Of a stretch of DNA of 64,000 nucleotides, positions 37,691 through 51,749 are shown piece after piece; position 1 is the first letter of the stretch; every line of letters starts with the position of its first letter. The stretch is taken from assembly GCF_030028105.1 (NCBI RefSeq), contig NC_092379.1, forward strand, positions 63,252,008-63,316,007, in the 5' to 3' direction. The position numbers were made by a program, and so were the translations under genes. The notes beneath the pieces are model-generated. The model was not told the origin of the DNA, did not search any database, and saw only the letters and a list, made by a program, of their open reading frames with translations. The stretch comes from Mobula birostris (lineage: Eukaryota).

Positions 37691-39701
37691 ACAACCCTGA
37701 GCATTAGCTGTGAAGCAGAATTGAAAAGCAAGGAAGAAATATTGGAACTTGATAAAATACTGGAGTGTTGCGCCTCAGCAAGTGACTGTAGTGAGTTCAG
37801 AAACTATTTACGGAAAGATTCCAGGGGAAAGGAACTGAAGAAGCCTGGCTTATTTTATTTTCTTACAAGACAACACACGTTTTAAATCCTAAAAAATTGC
37901 GACAAAATTAATAAGGAAGCCTCCATTGGTAGAGAAGTTGATAGATGGACATTTTTAACGTTATTGGCGAAAAGGCCAGGAACGACGTGAAAATTTTATT
38001 TCATAGAAGAATTTATGAAAAATTAATTGAAAAGTGAAGAATTAGTCTAATTAGATTATTCTTGACGTCGGTTCGCTGATATCCCCTTGTCTGTTGTAAC
38101 TAATCAGAGTCTAGCAGAACACACACACACACACGAATGAGGTACACACACTGAAAGCAGGTGCCTGATCATATCAAGAAGAAAGTTGAAAACATTTTGT
38201 TAACTGGGAACAAGAGTGTCAAAAAGAGGAAAGCTAACGCGTTTTGTAAAGTTGAGTTGGCATAATGTTGCAGAAATATTTCTTAGGCCAACGTAGTTTC
38301 AGATATGAATTGTTACTTTGAATTGGTCGTATTTAATTCAGTTAATTTATATTGCATTGACAGGCAACTGTACATATGGATCTCACTAACGCACATGATA
38401 TAGATTACCCATGAACAATAATTTCGTAGATTTACAGTACGTGAATTAACTTTCCAAATACTATTGTGAAGTTACATTACCATAATTTCGGAGCATTCAT
38501 GCATTTTATCGGTCATCCCCACGCACAGTGACCCATCTCGTTCACGGAAGTAAGAAAAAAATAATACAAATTTCCGCACACTAAAGTTAATTTACGGGGG
38601 TTTTGAAATCAGTTGCTTGACGCTCTGCTTTTACGGAGGAAATTATATATAACGACAATGGAATCCATTAGAATCAATGTATCAAGAAAGATGCGTATTA
38701 AGCAGAGCCACGAGTGAGCACCTTGGACAGGGTATCTGTGCCAAGCTTGAAGTAAGTCATTGGCTTGGAAATTTCCAACCTGTGGAAATGTATTTATTTT
38801 TCAAATATTTGCCGTATAGATGCTTTCAAGTATTCAACAGTCATTTTTTGTTCTCTTTACTGATGCTGAGAAGTCGCTGGTATCATTCATCATTTCCCAA
38901 TTTTAATTGAGATCACCGTCACTCGATTATTTTATGGATTTTTGTCTGTCTAGCATCCAATTCCTCGGATGTCACCGACAACCCCTGCTGGGCGGCGAGA
39001 ATGAATAAACAGGACAGTGAAGCCCTCAATTTAAAACCGCCAGTCTTGGAAGATTACGGACTAAGATTAAGCATTCTCTCAGTCTAGCAAACAAACCAGA
39101 AAAGGCAAGGGTGCAAGAAGGGCTGGCACGAACGTGGAAATCTCCGCTTGGTATCTTAATGTCAATAGCAGTTGTCCATTTTCTGGCCTGGGATGTGGAA
39201 ATCCGTAGTATTCCGAGACGGACGAGCTAGAAATTCAACATCCTCGTGCCCTGAAATGAGTTGCCAATGGTCTGATTTAGGAGACCTGTCGCTGCAGAAA
39301 GCTAGTTAACAACATACACTTCCGTTTGAAAGTCGCGAGTTTAAGTCCCAGGTACCGTCCATGTGAGCGCTGGAACTCTGGTTAGCGCTCCCTCCTTTGT
39401 GATAATTCAAGGACGGTGTCCACTCTGCTATGCGCAGCATCGTGAGCTTGTAAGCCACTGTCTACCCGCCAGTTCTCCGCCACAGACCAGAAGATAGTTT
39501 GGGAAGAGCAGGATGTGAGTGGAAAGTGACAAGTCCGGACTTTGCATATTGCGCTATTTCCGGCGCACCGTGGCTGAGGTTACTGCAGCCAGCGCTCGGC
39601 GAAGCTGCCGCGATCATCTCGACGGATCAGTGCGGTTGGAACCACGGGGCTCTCTCAGACCTTCAACAAAAGCCCCTCCTCCTCCTCTTCCCTTCCTCCA
39701 A

Positions 39702-39704
39702 ACA

Positions 39705-39741
<37 letters not shown>

Positions 39742-39756
39742 ACACATGCACACACA
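39702..39756 (+). repeat. Imperfect (CA)n microsatellite about 125 bp upstream of the start codon
   Basis: Direct reading of the sequence. Confidence 0.9.
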
Positions 39757-39773
39757 TCTGGAGTATACGATGA

Positions 39774-39968
<195 letters not shown>

Positions 39969-42900
39969 TGATTAGAAATTAGCGACAGCTTTTGCCTCTG
40001 TTAATTTTCCTTTGCATTTACAGCCTGTGGAGAGAGGAGGGAAAACGCAATCTCGTCTAGCAAAAGTACATAGTAAAAAACAACTGGTACTAGCTTACTA
40101 ACCCACTGTACACTCACCAGTACAATCGCCCAAATTGTGAGTGTGAATTGAGGATTCCCCCCCACCCAGCCTCCTCGTGTCGTTTTATAATCACGTTTCT
40201 TGGAGATAACTTGAGCCCTAAGAATCCGAGGGGTGTTTCAGCGGAGCCAGTTCTTGTCGAGTAGGCTTTACTGATGTGTAATCCTGCGATACGGTGCGGA
40301 TTGGATGCGGTACAGCTTCACAAGATGCGAGTGATTTGCTGCTTCTAAAACGCGGGATCTCCGCCTTTGATACCCATGTCTTTCGTTATTTTTCCCGACT
40401 CTGAATTACATTGACATGTATTCCGCGTTCGCGTTGCATCCCTCCCCCTTCCTCGCCACTTCACCCTCCTGCCGTTAAACATGTACTGTATTCACATCAG
40501 GCCAATGCAGCTATTGTCAAATCGGGAGAATGCCACCTCTGAGCAGAGCGATCAACTGCAATATTTATCTCAGGATTGGAGGAAGGCAGATGCACTTGAT
40601 GCTGCAGGCAACTACAGACGTATGTGTAGGGAGCCTCCATAAAACAAGCTGGCGCACAATTTGTACACATTTACTTCGTTGTTTTGAGAAATCTCCGGCT
40701 TGGAGTTGTCGGTTCGCATTTATTAGTTAGTCAGTAGCAGAACTAGCCCCAGTCTGACCCGTAGACAAAAAGCTAATTCTATCATGCGTGAGGACCAAAT
40801 GGGAACATTCAGCAGCCCGAGTGTGAGGTGTTGGGAAGTCGGTGCTCTGAGGTACCACTGGCGGGAATTCGTGTTTTCATTCTGTCTGAAAATTGAACAG
40901 CATCCAAATGTCTGCTGTGACTGATGCATCATTAGCATAAAGCACTATCTAAAAAAATCTTAAATACAGAGAAGCGCTGGTGATCCGTCAGCTTCCTAAT
41001 CAATAGCCGTCCGACTCACTGAATGCCCGAAACGGAACACACAAACCTTCACAAACTAGTCAGACAGTCTCTACCGCATTGAAAATATGAGTGATCCCAG
41101 CATAACAGCTCACTCATCCGTGACACTTTTAAAATATTATTTGCATAATGTCCATTCAGAAACGATTTCCAAAGCCTGCCAACCATCATGGCATCATGAA
41201 GGCACGGCCATAGGTGGTGAATTAATCTTCCATCTGCCCATCGCGTCCCAACTTTAATTTATTCTTCCACATATGATATTTAACTCTCTGTAATAGAAAA
41301 CCATAACTCTACTTCATGTGGAGCTAATCACCGAAGAGCAACGAATCGCTCCTTTCCAGGCGGTGCTTCCCATTCATGTTCAGGTTGATTTTTTATGTAA
41401 CGCGGCTGGTGATTCACGCAGTATTCATCCACGTTTGGAGACGAAAACGGGGATTCTCCTTTGGCTCAGGAAGTGCAGCCCAAGAATAGGACTGCGCTGG
41501 CTATGGAAACTTAAGGAAGCACGAAGTCTTAGGTAGACTCCTTACGCTGATATCTACGCAGCCACCCAGATCTTTGCATATTCCAACGCAATACACACAC
41601 ATTGCGTGCAACAGATAAGGAAGGTTATCCAGGGTGTGCGCTGATCTTTGCAGGGCCGATTTTAACTGAAATTGAGATGGATTTAGTGTAATAAGCATGG
41701 AGATATTTTTCTTTATTATCTATAGTTAATGGCGTCTTTCTGACTGCACCCCCGTTCTTGCAATTGTCCTCCCTTCGTTTTCTCTCTGTGAAGAATGCTT
41801 ATGTCGGCATCTACTCTTCAGTTTTGGCTTCCTCAACAACGGGCCTCTTTATTTGGACAGTGTCAGTTACTATTGCTCTGTTAACAGGCTATTGGCAAAT
41901 CTTAATTAGTCGCATTGACGATCATTCAACGACACAGGGTGGACTCAATATTTAAGTCGCAATGGTGACCCATTCTTTGGTAACCGGACATTGTCAGAAT
42001 GTAATGACAAAAGGGTACTGTGCCACAATACACACCTTTTCAATGTAAAATGCATTCGTAAAGTGATTTACACTTCAAAGATAACATCTAATCTGGATTT
42101 GATTGTATTGTGGTTTCCATTGGTGATAGCTTTGTATTCTTTTTGGTACTTAGACCCGCATACATGTTGTATGTAGGCAATACACCAAAAAAAAAAGGCA
42201 TCTTTCCAAACAATACACAGCCCCTAGAGGAGAGGGAGCCAATTAGATCGGTATAGCAAGTAGCCGTGCTGCGGAAATAACCGTTTAGTCCTTTCCTCCT
42301 CGGTGTGTCCTCGCCATGAAATGATTCCGCGACTCCAGTGGGTTGGAACAGAGCCAAACCGATCTGTCCCTCAGGGTCTGCAGTCCTGTTAACATTCGTC
42401 TCACACTCGAGGCTTGCTTTCTTCCCCAGCCCCATCACGACCTGCCGCTATCAGTGACCGAAGTCTTTTGAGAAAAATTCTGGGCTGCTACCTGTAGGAG
42501 GACTGAACGTGCAAGGACAAGCATACCACAACAGCTCTGCCTTTTTTTTTCGCCGTGTGGGGATGTCCGGTGTGTTAACATCACATGTGCCGTTTTAATA
42601 TGGGCACGAGTCACAGCCCACCTCTTTCGGGCCACGACAGGGTATTCTGCTGCTGATTAGCGAGACCGAATGCGGAACTCAACACCTGTAGGAAGGAAAG
42701 ACTTATTTCACTTATTTCAGGTTTTCGACAGACGCATTGAATCTTACAACGAATAGTAGCACATTTAATACGACTTAATCTTTCACTCCAAAAAAAAACA
42801 CCTTCAGCCAGTTCATTATTATTGCTTGTAACAAATGCGCACATTCACGACACATTTCATTTAATCAAAAATGAATTTCTTGGGATTTGAGAGCAGTCTT

Positions 42901-43644
42901 CCTTTAAAGGCTTTGTTTTAAATCTATTTGAAAGTCAACCCACTTCTTTTTCTTTACCATAGTTTTCAATTTATTAATTTCAGTATTTTGTTGAGGCAGA
43001 CCGATAAACTTCTAGATGCTTATAATTCACACGATGTATTGCTTATATATATGTGGGTGTTGTGTGTTTTTCGATGGGAAATAAGACATTAAACGAGACA
43101 GAGAGAGAGAGGGAGGGAGAGAGAGAGAGAGTACTAAGAATGCGTGTGTTTGTAGGTGTCAAAGCCAACATTTGTTGCCCATCACAAAGCATCCTGGAAA
43201 AGGTATTTTGAAGGAATAGCAATATATTTCTAAGTGAGGCTAAGGTGGGCATTTGGAATGGAATTTGCACACGCTGCAAATTGGTCTGTCCTGGTAGCGG
43301 GGCTTTTCGGTTTGGGATAAGCCTTGGAAAAACCTTGCCAATTTGCTGCTGTGTAATTTGTGGCCCCCGCATGAGGTAGTAGATATTCTACCTGTGGGGG
43401 TGGAGGAATGTCAATCAAGTGACGACTTTGCCCTGAATCGTGGAACTGTCGTCATTCAGCACACAGAGATAGCTGTAACAGGAACCTAGTAAATGAGTCC
43501 AGTGAGATTTCAACTGTTGATATTTGGTCCTTTCAAACTTTTCTGAATATACCATGTCTAGTGATGCAACCTTTTGTTTACCTTCACCCATCACGTTTGT
43601 AATATGAATGTGACATAATCTTTGAACCAGAAAGAAGTATTAGC

Positions 43645-46600
43645 ACATAAGAAACAGGAGCACTACAGAGAGCGGTCCATTTGGCCCATTGAGCTTGCTG
43701 AACCATTTAATACGATTGAAGATGAATAATAAATGAAGGCTGTGGATTCAGCTTCAACTACTGCTTTCTCCCATAACCTTTAATTCCCCTGCTATGCAAA
43801 AATCTTATGTATGTCTTAGATTTATTTAATGAGGTGGCCTCTACTGCTTTCCTGGGCAGAGAATTGCATGGTTTCACTACTCTTTGGGAAAAGCAGTTTC
43901 TCCTTATCTCCATTCTAAATATATTCCACTGAATCCTGAGGCAATGTTCCCAGGTTCTAGTCTCACATACCAGTAGAAACAGCTTTCTTGCCTCTATCTC
44001 ATCTACCCCTTTCATAATTTTATGTTTCTATAAGATTTCCCTCTCATTCTGAATTCCAATGAGTACTGTGTCAGACTACTCAATCTCTCCTCATAGTCTG
44101 ACTCCTTCATCTCCAGAACAACTTGGTGAACCTCCTCTGCACCACCTCCAAAGTTCTTTCCTCAAGTATGGAGACCAGAACTATGCTCAATATTCCAACT
44201 GTAGCCTCACCAATACCCTGCATAATCTCTTTGCTCTTAAATTCAATCCTTCTACCAATTAACGGCAGTATTTTATTTGCCTTATTGATAACCTCTTACA
44301 CCTACAAAACAACCTTCTGCATTCTATACACAAGTACTCCCAAGTCCCTCTGCACAACAGCATACTGTATTTTTAACACAGAGGCAAAATTTAGAAGGGT
44401 GAAGAATGCAGGGCTGAAGGTGCTGTATTTAAATGTGCATAACATTCGGACTAAGGTGGACAAACTTGTGGTGCAATTAGAGATTGGTCGGTATGATGTT
44501 GTGGGCATCACTGAGTCATGCCTGAAAGGAGGTCATAGTTAGGAGCTTAACATAAAAGGATATACTTTTATCAAAAGGACAGGCAGGAAGGCATAGGCGG
44601 TGGTGTGATTCTGTTGGTAAGAGATGGAATTACATCTTTAGAAGGATCAGAAAATGTTGAATCTTTGTGGGTGGAGTTAAGAAACTGCAAAGGTAAAAAA
44701 AACATTGTGGGAATAATATATAGGCCTCCTAACAGAAGCCAAGATGTAAGGCTGAGATTCCAAAGAGTGCTAGAAAAGGCATGTAATAAGGGTAATGACA
44801 CAATTGTAATGTGGGACTTTAACCATATAACAATTACAGCACGGAAACAGGCCATCTCATTCCTTCTAGTCTGTGCCGAACTCTTACCCTATCCTAGTCC
44901 CACCGACCTGCACTCAGCCCATAACTCTCCATTCCTTTCCTGTCCATATATCTATCCAATTTAACTTTAAACGACAACATAGAACCTGCGTCAACCACTT
45001 CTGCTGGAAGCTCATTCCACACAGCTACCACTCTCTGAGTAAAGAAGTTCCCCCTCATGTTACCCCTAAACTTTTGTCCTCTAATTCTCAACCCATGCCC
45101 TCTTGTTTAAATCTTCCCCACTCTCAATGGAAAAAGTCTACCATGCAAGGGGTTTGGGACAATCAGGTTGGTGTCAGATTGCAAAAGAGGGAATTTGTTG
45201 AATGCCTGTGGGATGGCTTTTTAGAGCTATTTGTGTTGGAGCCTACTCAGGGAAAGGCTATATTAGATTAGATTTTGTGTAATGAACCAGGTCTTATCAG
45301 GGAGCTTAATGTAAAGGAACCCTTAGGAGACAGTGATCATAATATGAATGAATTCATACTGCACTTTGAGAGGGAGAAGCATAAATCACATGTATCAGTA
45401 TCACAATGGAATTGAGGGAATTACAGAGGCATAAGAGAAGAACTTGCCCAGGTGGATTGGAGAAGGATACTGGCGGGGATGATGGCAGAGCAGAGATGGC
45501 TGAAGTTGCTGGGAATAGTTCACAAGCGCAGGATAGATATGTCCTACAGAGGAAGAAGTTCTGAAATGGCAGTGGTAGGCAGTCGTGACTGATAAAGGGA
45601 ATTAAGGACTGCATAAAAGCCAAGGAAAGGGCCTAAAAGTTAGGAAAAGTGAGTGGGAAGTTGGGTGATTGGGAAGCTTTTAAAATCCAACAAAAGGCAA
45701 CTAAAAAAGCTGTAAGAAGGGAAAAAATGAAATGTGGAGGCAAACTAGCAAATAAATAAAGCAGGATACTAAAAGTTTTTCAGTTTAAGAAAGAGTAAAA
45801 GGAGAGGTGAGAGTTGATATTGGACCACTGGAAAATGATGCTGGTGAGGTAGTAATGGGAGCAAAGAAATGGCAGGTGAACTTGATGGGTATTTTGCATC
45901 TGTCTTCCCTGTGGAGGATATTAACAGCATGCCAGAGGTCTGTGAATGTCAGGGAGCAGCAGTGAATGCCATTGATATGCAAAGGAAAAAGTGCTGGGCA
46001 AACTGAAAGGCCCTAAGGTGGATATGACATTTGGCCTACATCCCAGAGTCCTCAGAGAGGTTGCTGAAGAAATAATGGATGCATTGGTCGTGATCTTTCT
46101 CGAATCACTTGATTCTGGCATGGTTCCAGAGGACTGGAAGATTGCAAATGTCACTCCACTCTGTAAGAAGGGAGAAAGGCAAAAGAAAGAAAATTATAAG
46201 CTAGTTAGCCTAACCTCAGTAGTTGGGAATGTGTCTATTATTAAGGATGAGATTTCGGGGTAGTTAGAGACCAATGATAAAATAAGTCAAAGTGAGCATG
46301 GTTTCTGTATCGGGAAATCTTGCCTGACAAAGCTGTTAGAGTTCTTCAAGGAAGTAATAAGCAGAATGGACAAAGGAGAGGCAGTGGATGTCTTTAATTG
46401 GATTTTCAGAAGGCATTTGATAAGCATCCACACATGAGGCTGCTTAACAAGATAAAATCCTATAGTGTTACAGGAAAGAAACTGGCATAGGTAGCAGAAT
46501 GGCTGACAGGCAGGAGGCAGCGAGTGAAAATAAAGGGGGCTTTTCTGGTTGGTTGCCAGTGACTAGTGTTATTCCTCAGGGGTCAGTATTGGGACCACTG

Positions 46601-49600
46601 CTTTTCACATTGTTTGTCAATTATTTCGATAACGGAATTGATGGTTTTGTGTCAAAGTTTGCGGATGATGCAAAGATGAGTGGCGGGGAGTAAGTAGTGC
46701 TGAGGAAGCAATGCGACTTAGACAAATTGGAAGAATGGGCAAAAATGTGACAGATAGAATACAGTGCTGGTAATGTATGATAATGCATTTTGATAAAAGG
46801 AACAATAGTGCAGACTATTATCTAAATGGGGAGAAGGTTCGAACATCAGAGGTGTAGAAGGACTCAGTCCTCCTTCTGCAAAACTCCCAAAAAGTTAATT
46901 TATAGGTTGAGTCTGCAGTAAAGAAGGCAAATGCAATGTTGGCATTTATTTTAAGGGGATATATAAAAGCAAGAAGATATTGTTGAGGTTTTATAAGACG
47001 TTAGTCAGGCCACACTTTGGAGTACTGTGAACAGTTTAGAGCCCCGTATCTCAGAAAGGATGTGTTGCCATTGGAGAGAGTTTAGAGGAAGTTCACTAGG
47101 ACAATTCCAGGACTGAACAAGTTACCATATGAGGAGCTTTTGGCAGCTTTGGGCCTGTATTCACTGGAATTTAGAAGAATGCATGGGGATCTCATTGAAA
47201 CCTACCGAATGTTGAAAGGACTAGATAAGGTGAATGTGGAGAGGATGTTTCCTATGATGGGGGTATACTAAACCAGAGGGCACAGCCTCAAAATTGAGAG
47301 GTGACCTTTTAGAACAGAGGTAAGGAGGAATTTTTTTGGTCAATGAGCAATGAATCTGTGGAATGCTGCCACAGACTGCAGTGGAGGCCAAGTCCATGGG
47401 TATATTTAAGGTGGAAGTTGACCATTCCCTGATCAGTCAGGGCATCAAAGAGTATGACGAGAAGACAGGTTGAGTGGAATCTGGGGACAACCATGATGGA
47501 ATGGCGGAGTAGACTTGATGGGCTGAATGGCCTAATTCTGCTCCTATGTCTTTTGGTCTTATGGTCTTCATCTATAAAATAATAATCGGATCTATTTTTT
47601 TCTTTCAAAGTGCATGACCTTGCACTTACCAACAGTGTATTCCATCTGCTAGGCCCTTGTCCACTCACTCAACCCATCTATATCTCTCTGCCAACCCTCT
47701 ACATCTTCTGCATAATTTGTTTTTCCACTCACTTTTCCACATCAGCAAACTTAGATATGCTACACTCTTCCAAATTGTTCATGTATATCGTGAACAGTTG
47801 CAAGCCCAGCACTGATCACCGTGGCACTCCGCTCTCCATTGACTGCCAACCAGAGAAACACCCAATTATCCCAACCCTCTGCCTTGTATTGGATAACCAG
47901 TCCTCTATGCATGCTAATACAATACCCCATGTATTCTTATGAATAATTCTTTAATATGGCTACTTATCAAACGCCTTCTGGAGTATACAATATCAACCTG
48001 TTCCCCTCTATCCAATGCACTCACTATATCCTTAAAGTATTCCAGTAAGTTTGTCCACAAGACCTACTCCTTCATAACCCCATGTTTTGTCTGCCTGATG
48101 GAACCATTTATATACAGATAGCTCACTATTTCTTCCTTAATGATAGCTTCAAGCATTTTTGTGGCATCAAATGTTAAACAAACTGGCCTTTTTAAACAGT
48201 GGTGTGACATTTGCTGTCTTCCAATTTGTTAGGAACTCTTCAGAGTCCAGAGAATTTTGGTAAATTATCACAAATGCGTCTGCTATAATTTCTGCTGTTT
48301 CTTTCAATACCCGGAGATGCATCCCATAAGGACCAGGAGACTTGATTACCTTTAGGTCCAATAGTTTTTTCATCACTACCTCTTCAGTGACAGTAATTAT
48401 AGTGTATTCCTCACCTCCCATCACATCCATAACATCTCTCTTTGGCATGTTAGACACGTCCTGCACTGTGAAGACTGACACATAATGGCTGTTTAAGTTG
48501 TCAGCCATTTCCACATTACCAATATTAATTCCCCCTTGTCATCTCCCAAGGACCTATGTTCAGTTCAAGCCTGCCTTGACCAACTTGATTAGCTCAGTCT
48601 ATGTGCAAGTTAAAGTACCCCATGACAACTGCCATTCCATACTTACATGCAGCAATCTTAATTAAGAGCTTTATCCCATCTCTCTTACCTTCCTGCCAAT
48701 CCTTCCTTATTACTTGATAACCTTAGATAATTAATTCTTAATCATCTCCACTCTGCAACCCCATTTCTGTTATGGCCATTTAATCATACCCCTTAGTACT
48801 GATTTGTGCCACAAGTTCACCAACCTTTTTTCAGGATACCTCGGGCATTCAGATAAAGTGCCCTTGCACTCATTGCCTTTTTAGAATCTAGTAACTTTTG
48901 TGTCCATGCATTTGGCTTCCTGTACTCCACTCCAACTTTTCCCTTTTCTGCCTTTTGCTTTCTGTGTTTGTATTGCTTGGCTCTGTTCTGCCTGGATTCT
49001 CCCCCACTCCCGCCATATTAGTTTAAATCCTCCCCAATAGCACTGGAAAACGATTCCTCCAGGACATTGATCTTGGTCCTGCCCAAGTGCAGACCATGTG
49101 GTTTTCACTGGTTCCACCTCCCCCAGACCTGGTTCCAGTGCCTCAGGAATCTGAAACCCTCCCTCCTGAACCACTGCTCAAGCAACATATTCATCCTAAC
49201 TATTCTGCTAGCCCGTAGCATGTAACAATCCTGAGATTATTACCTTTGAGGAGCTATTTTTTAATTTATCTCCTAGATCCTAAATCCAGCTTGTAGGAAT
49301 TCATCTTACTAATTTCCTATATCATTGGCACCTACATCCACCATGACAACTTGCTGTTCACCGTCCCCTTCCAGAATGCCCAGCAGCCACTCTGAGGCAT
49401 TGCTGACAGTTGCAACTGGGTGACAAACCATCAATAGGGTATACCGTTCGTGGCCACGGAGCTCCTGTTTATTCCCTTAACCGTGGAATCCCAAAGCATG
49501 ATAGCATTGCCACTCATTATCCTGCTCTCCTGTGTGCTAGAACCACTCTAGTTTCCATGGTCTTGGCTCCTATTGCCTTCTCCTGATGAGCCACCTTCCC

Positions 49601-50050
49601 CAACAGTAACCAAAGCGGTATATCTGTTTTGGAGAGAGACGACCACAGAAGTCTCCTGCACAACCTTCCTGCTACTGCTCTGCCTGTTGGTCACTTGTAA
49701 CCCTGTCTTTCCCTGGCCCCTTAAACTGCAGCGTGACCAATTCACTAAAACACGTTATCCACACCATTCTCAGCTTTGTGGATGCTCCAAAGTAAATCCA
49801 CGCACAGCTCCAGGTCTGTCATGAGGCTTGTGAGGAGCTGCAGCTGGACACATTTCCTTCACACATAACCTTCAGGGATTCTGGCAACCTCCCTGAGTTC
49901 CCACATTGTGCAGCATGAGCATGACGCAGGTCTGAGCTCGCCTGCCATGATTAAAAGGCTTTAAGGGAAAAAAAGAGGCAAAAAAGAAATAACAGCTTAC
50001 CTTTACCTCACCGTATCTTAGCTCCCTTGCTTGTTCTCGCCAAAGCCCAG
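43645..50050 (-). mobile_element. Near full-length decayed CR1 (ORF1 to 3' end), split by a plus-strand CR1
   Basis: KEKNRSDYYFIDE at about 47570 joins KIQYAVVQRDLGVLV at about 44370. ORF1 remnant LQNRYTAL at about 49620. Confidence 0.8.
44372..47565 (+). mobile_element. CR1 ORF2 to 3' end, same subfamily as 33060-35860; itself interrupted by a CR1 3' fragment (44822-45140, -)
   Basis: LKVLYLNVHNIRTKVD...DVVGITES and PQGSVLGPLLF motifs. Nested piece encodes GNFFTQRVVAVWNELP and is flanked by ACCAT. Confidence 0.9.
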
Positions 50051-51194
50051 TATTCACTAAATCCCACACTTTGACACGACAGCAGCCCCTCTCAAAATGG
50101 CTGCTCCAAAAATTACATTTATATCAGTAAGTTACATTTGATAAGGCATTAAATTACTGTCTCTCGTGACACTAAGCATTTCCTAAATACAGAATTTCTT
50201 TTGACAGATATAATGGGCAAAATGAAATATTTGTCAGACAGAAGTTAATAATACAGGATTATGAGAAATTAGATATTCTCCTGAGTTAGTTCCGATTATT
50301 TTTCATGAACTTGATTTCATACAACTTCCTATTTTCATTGTTGTTTTAAATAGTTAATTACATTTTATTGCTGCCATTTACTTTAAGGCATTGAAGCTAT
50401 CCAGTGCACAACAAGATGTTACTTTGGGCCAATTGGAAGGCAGGAATTGTAACATGATCAAAGATTTCTTGGTGATATACAGTATATTCAAGCCACTGTG
50501 CTGGAGTTCTGCATTGAGCCAATTAAGTTGTGATAATTCATTTTTCTTTTCACTTTATTATTTAACCAATAAAAGAGAATGGCCAGTTGAAGATCTTTGA
50601 CTTTTATTGGGTTACTTGAAAACAGAAATGAAAGCATTAACAAGGAGGATCAAGGCACAATACTCACAATAGAATCAATTTTCCTACAGTTTTACTTTGA
50701 GTTTTTTGTTTAAATGCACTTTAAATGAACTATTGTATCAACAGCTACTTCCTAGAGGGAAGTTCCTAATGGTGTTTCTGCCTCACAACATTTGGACAAC
50801 CAAAAACCATCCCTGATGCTCGAAATAAAATAAGTATATGTAGCTGAGGATCACTGAGTACAATGTCATCGAAGAAAATGTTGAGTGTAGGAACATGAAA
50901 ATTAGATTCAGGAGTAGGTTATAGAAACTCATACCACCATTCAATAAACTTAGGTCAAATCCATGCCTTGACTCCTGTTGATCCCAGCTTCCCCTGATTT
51001 TCTTTCTTTTTTACAATGTATCAGTCTCTGCTTTAAATATACTTGACAACAGAGCACCCGTAACAATCGGTGGTGGAATATTTGAAGGACTTACAATCTC
51101 TGAAGGAAGATATTACTCATTTCAGTCCTTTAAAAGCTGGCCACTTATTCTAAAACTAGGTGCCCCTCTTACCAAGAGACCCAATTCAGGGAAT

Positions 51195-51470
51195 CTATAA
51201 ACACCATAAATTCTGCAGATGCTAGAAATCCAGAGGAACACACACAAAATGCTGGAGGAACTCAGCAAGTCAGGCAGTATCTATGGAGGGGAATAAACAG
51301 TTGACATTTTGGACTAGAGAGGAAGAGGGAAGAAGCCAGAATAAGAGGGTGGTGGAGAGGAAGGAGTACAAGGTGGCAGGTGATAGTTGAAACCAGGTGA
51401 GGGGCAAGGTGAGTAGGTGGGGGAAAGGGGGGGTGGGGTTGAAGTGAGAAGCTGGGAGGTGACAGGGTAG
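51195..51470 (-). mobile_element. Penelope-like 3' UTR / terminal repeat fragment
   Basis: tctgcagatgct...acacacaaaatgctggaggaactcagc is shared with 1089 and 36160. Confidence 0.8.
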
Positions 51471-51749
51471 CTCCAAAGCAAGTTTATCATTCTGAGGATG
51501 GATACAAAACTAGACAAGGTATTCCAAATGTTGTCTCATCAAAGCTCTGGACAATCTCAGTTTGACTTCTACCGCACCCAATGTGAAGGCCAACAGTAAC
51601 TTTACTTTCCTAATTTTTGCAGTACTGGGGTTTTGAGGTAGAAGGATACACCTGTTATAGAGGAGGTGCAGCAAAAGTTTACCAGGATGATCCTTAGGAT
51701 GGCAAGGGTGGGATGGGGGTGAGATTGCCCCTGGAGGAGAGATTAAACA

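Noticed and set aside
43455-43475. TTCAGCAC half-site suggesting a REST/RE1 element
   Set aside because: The second half-site (GGACAG) does not match at canonical spacing.
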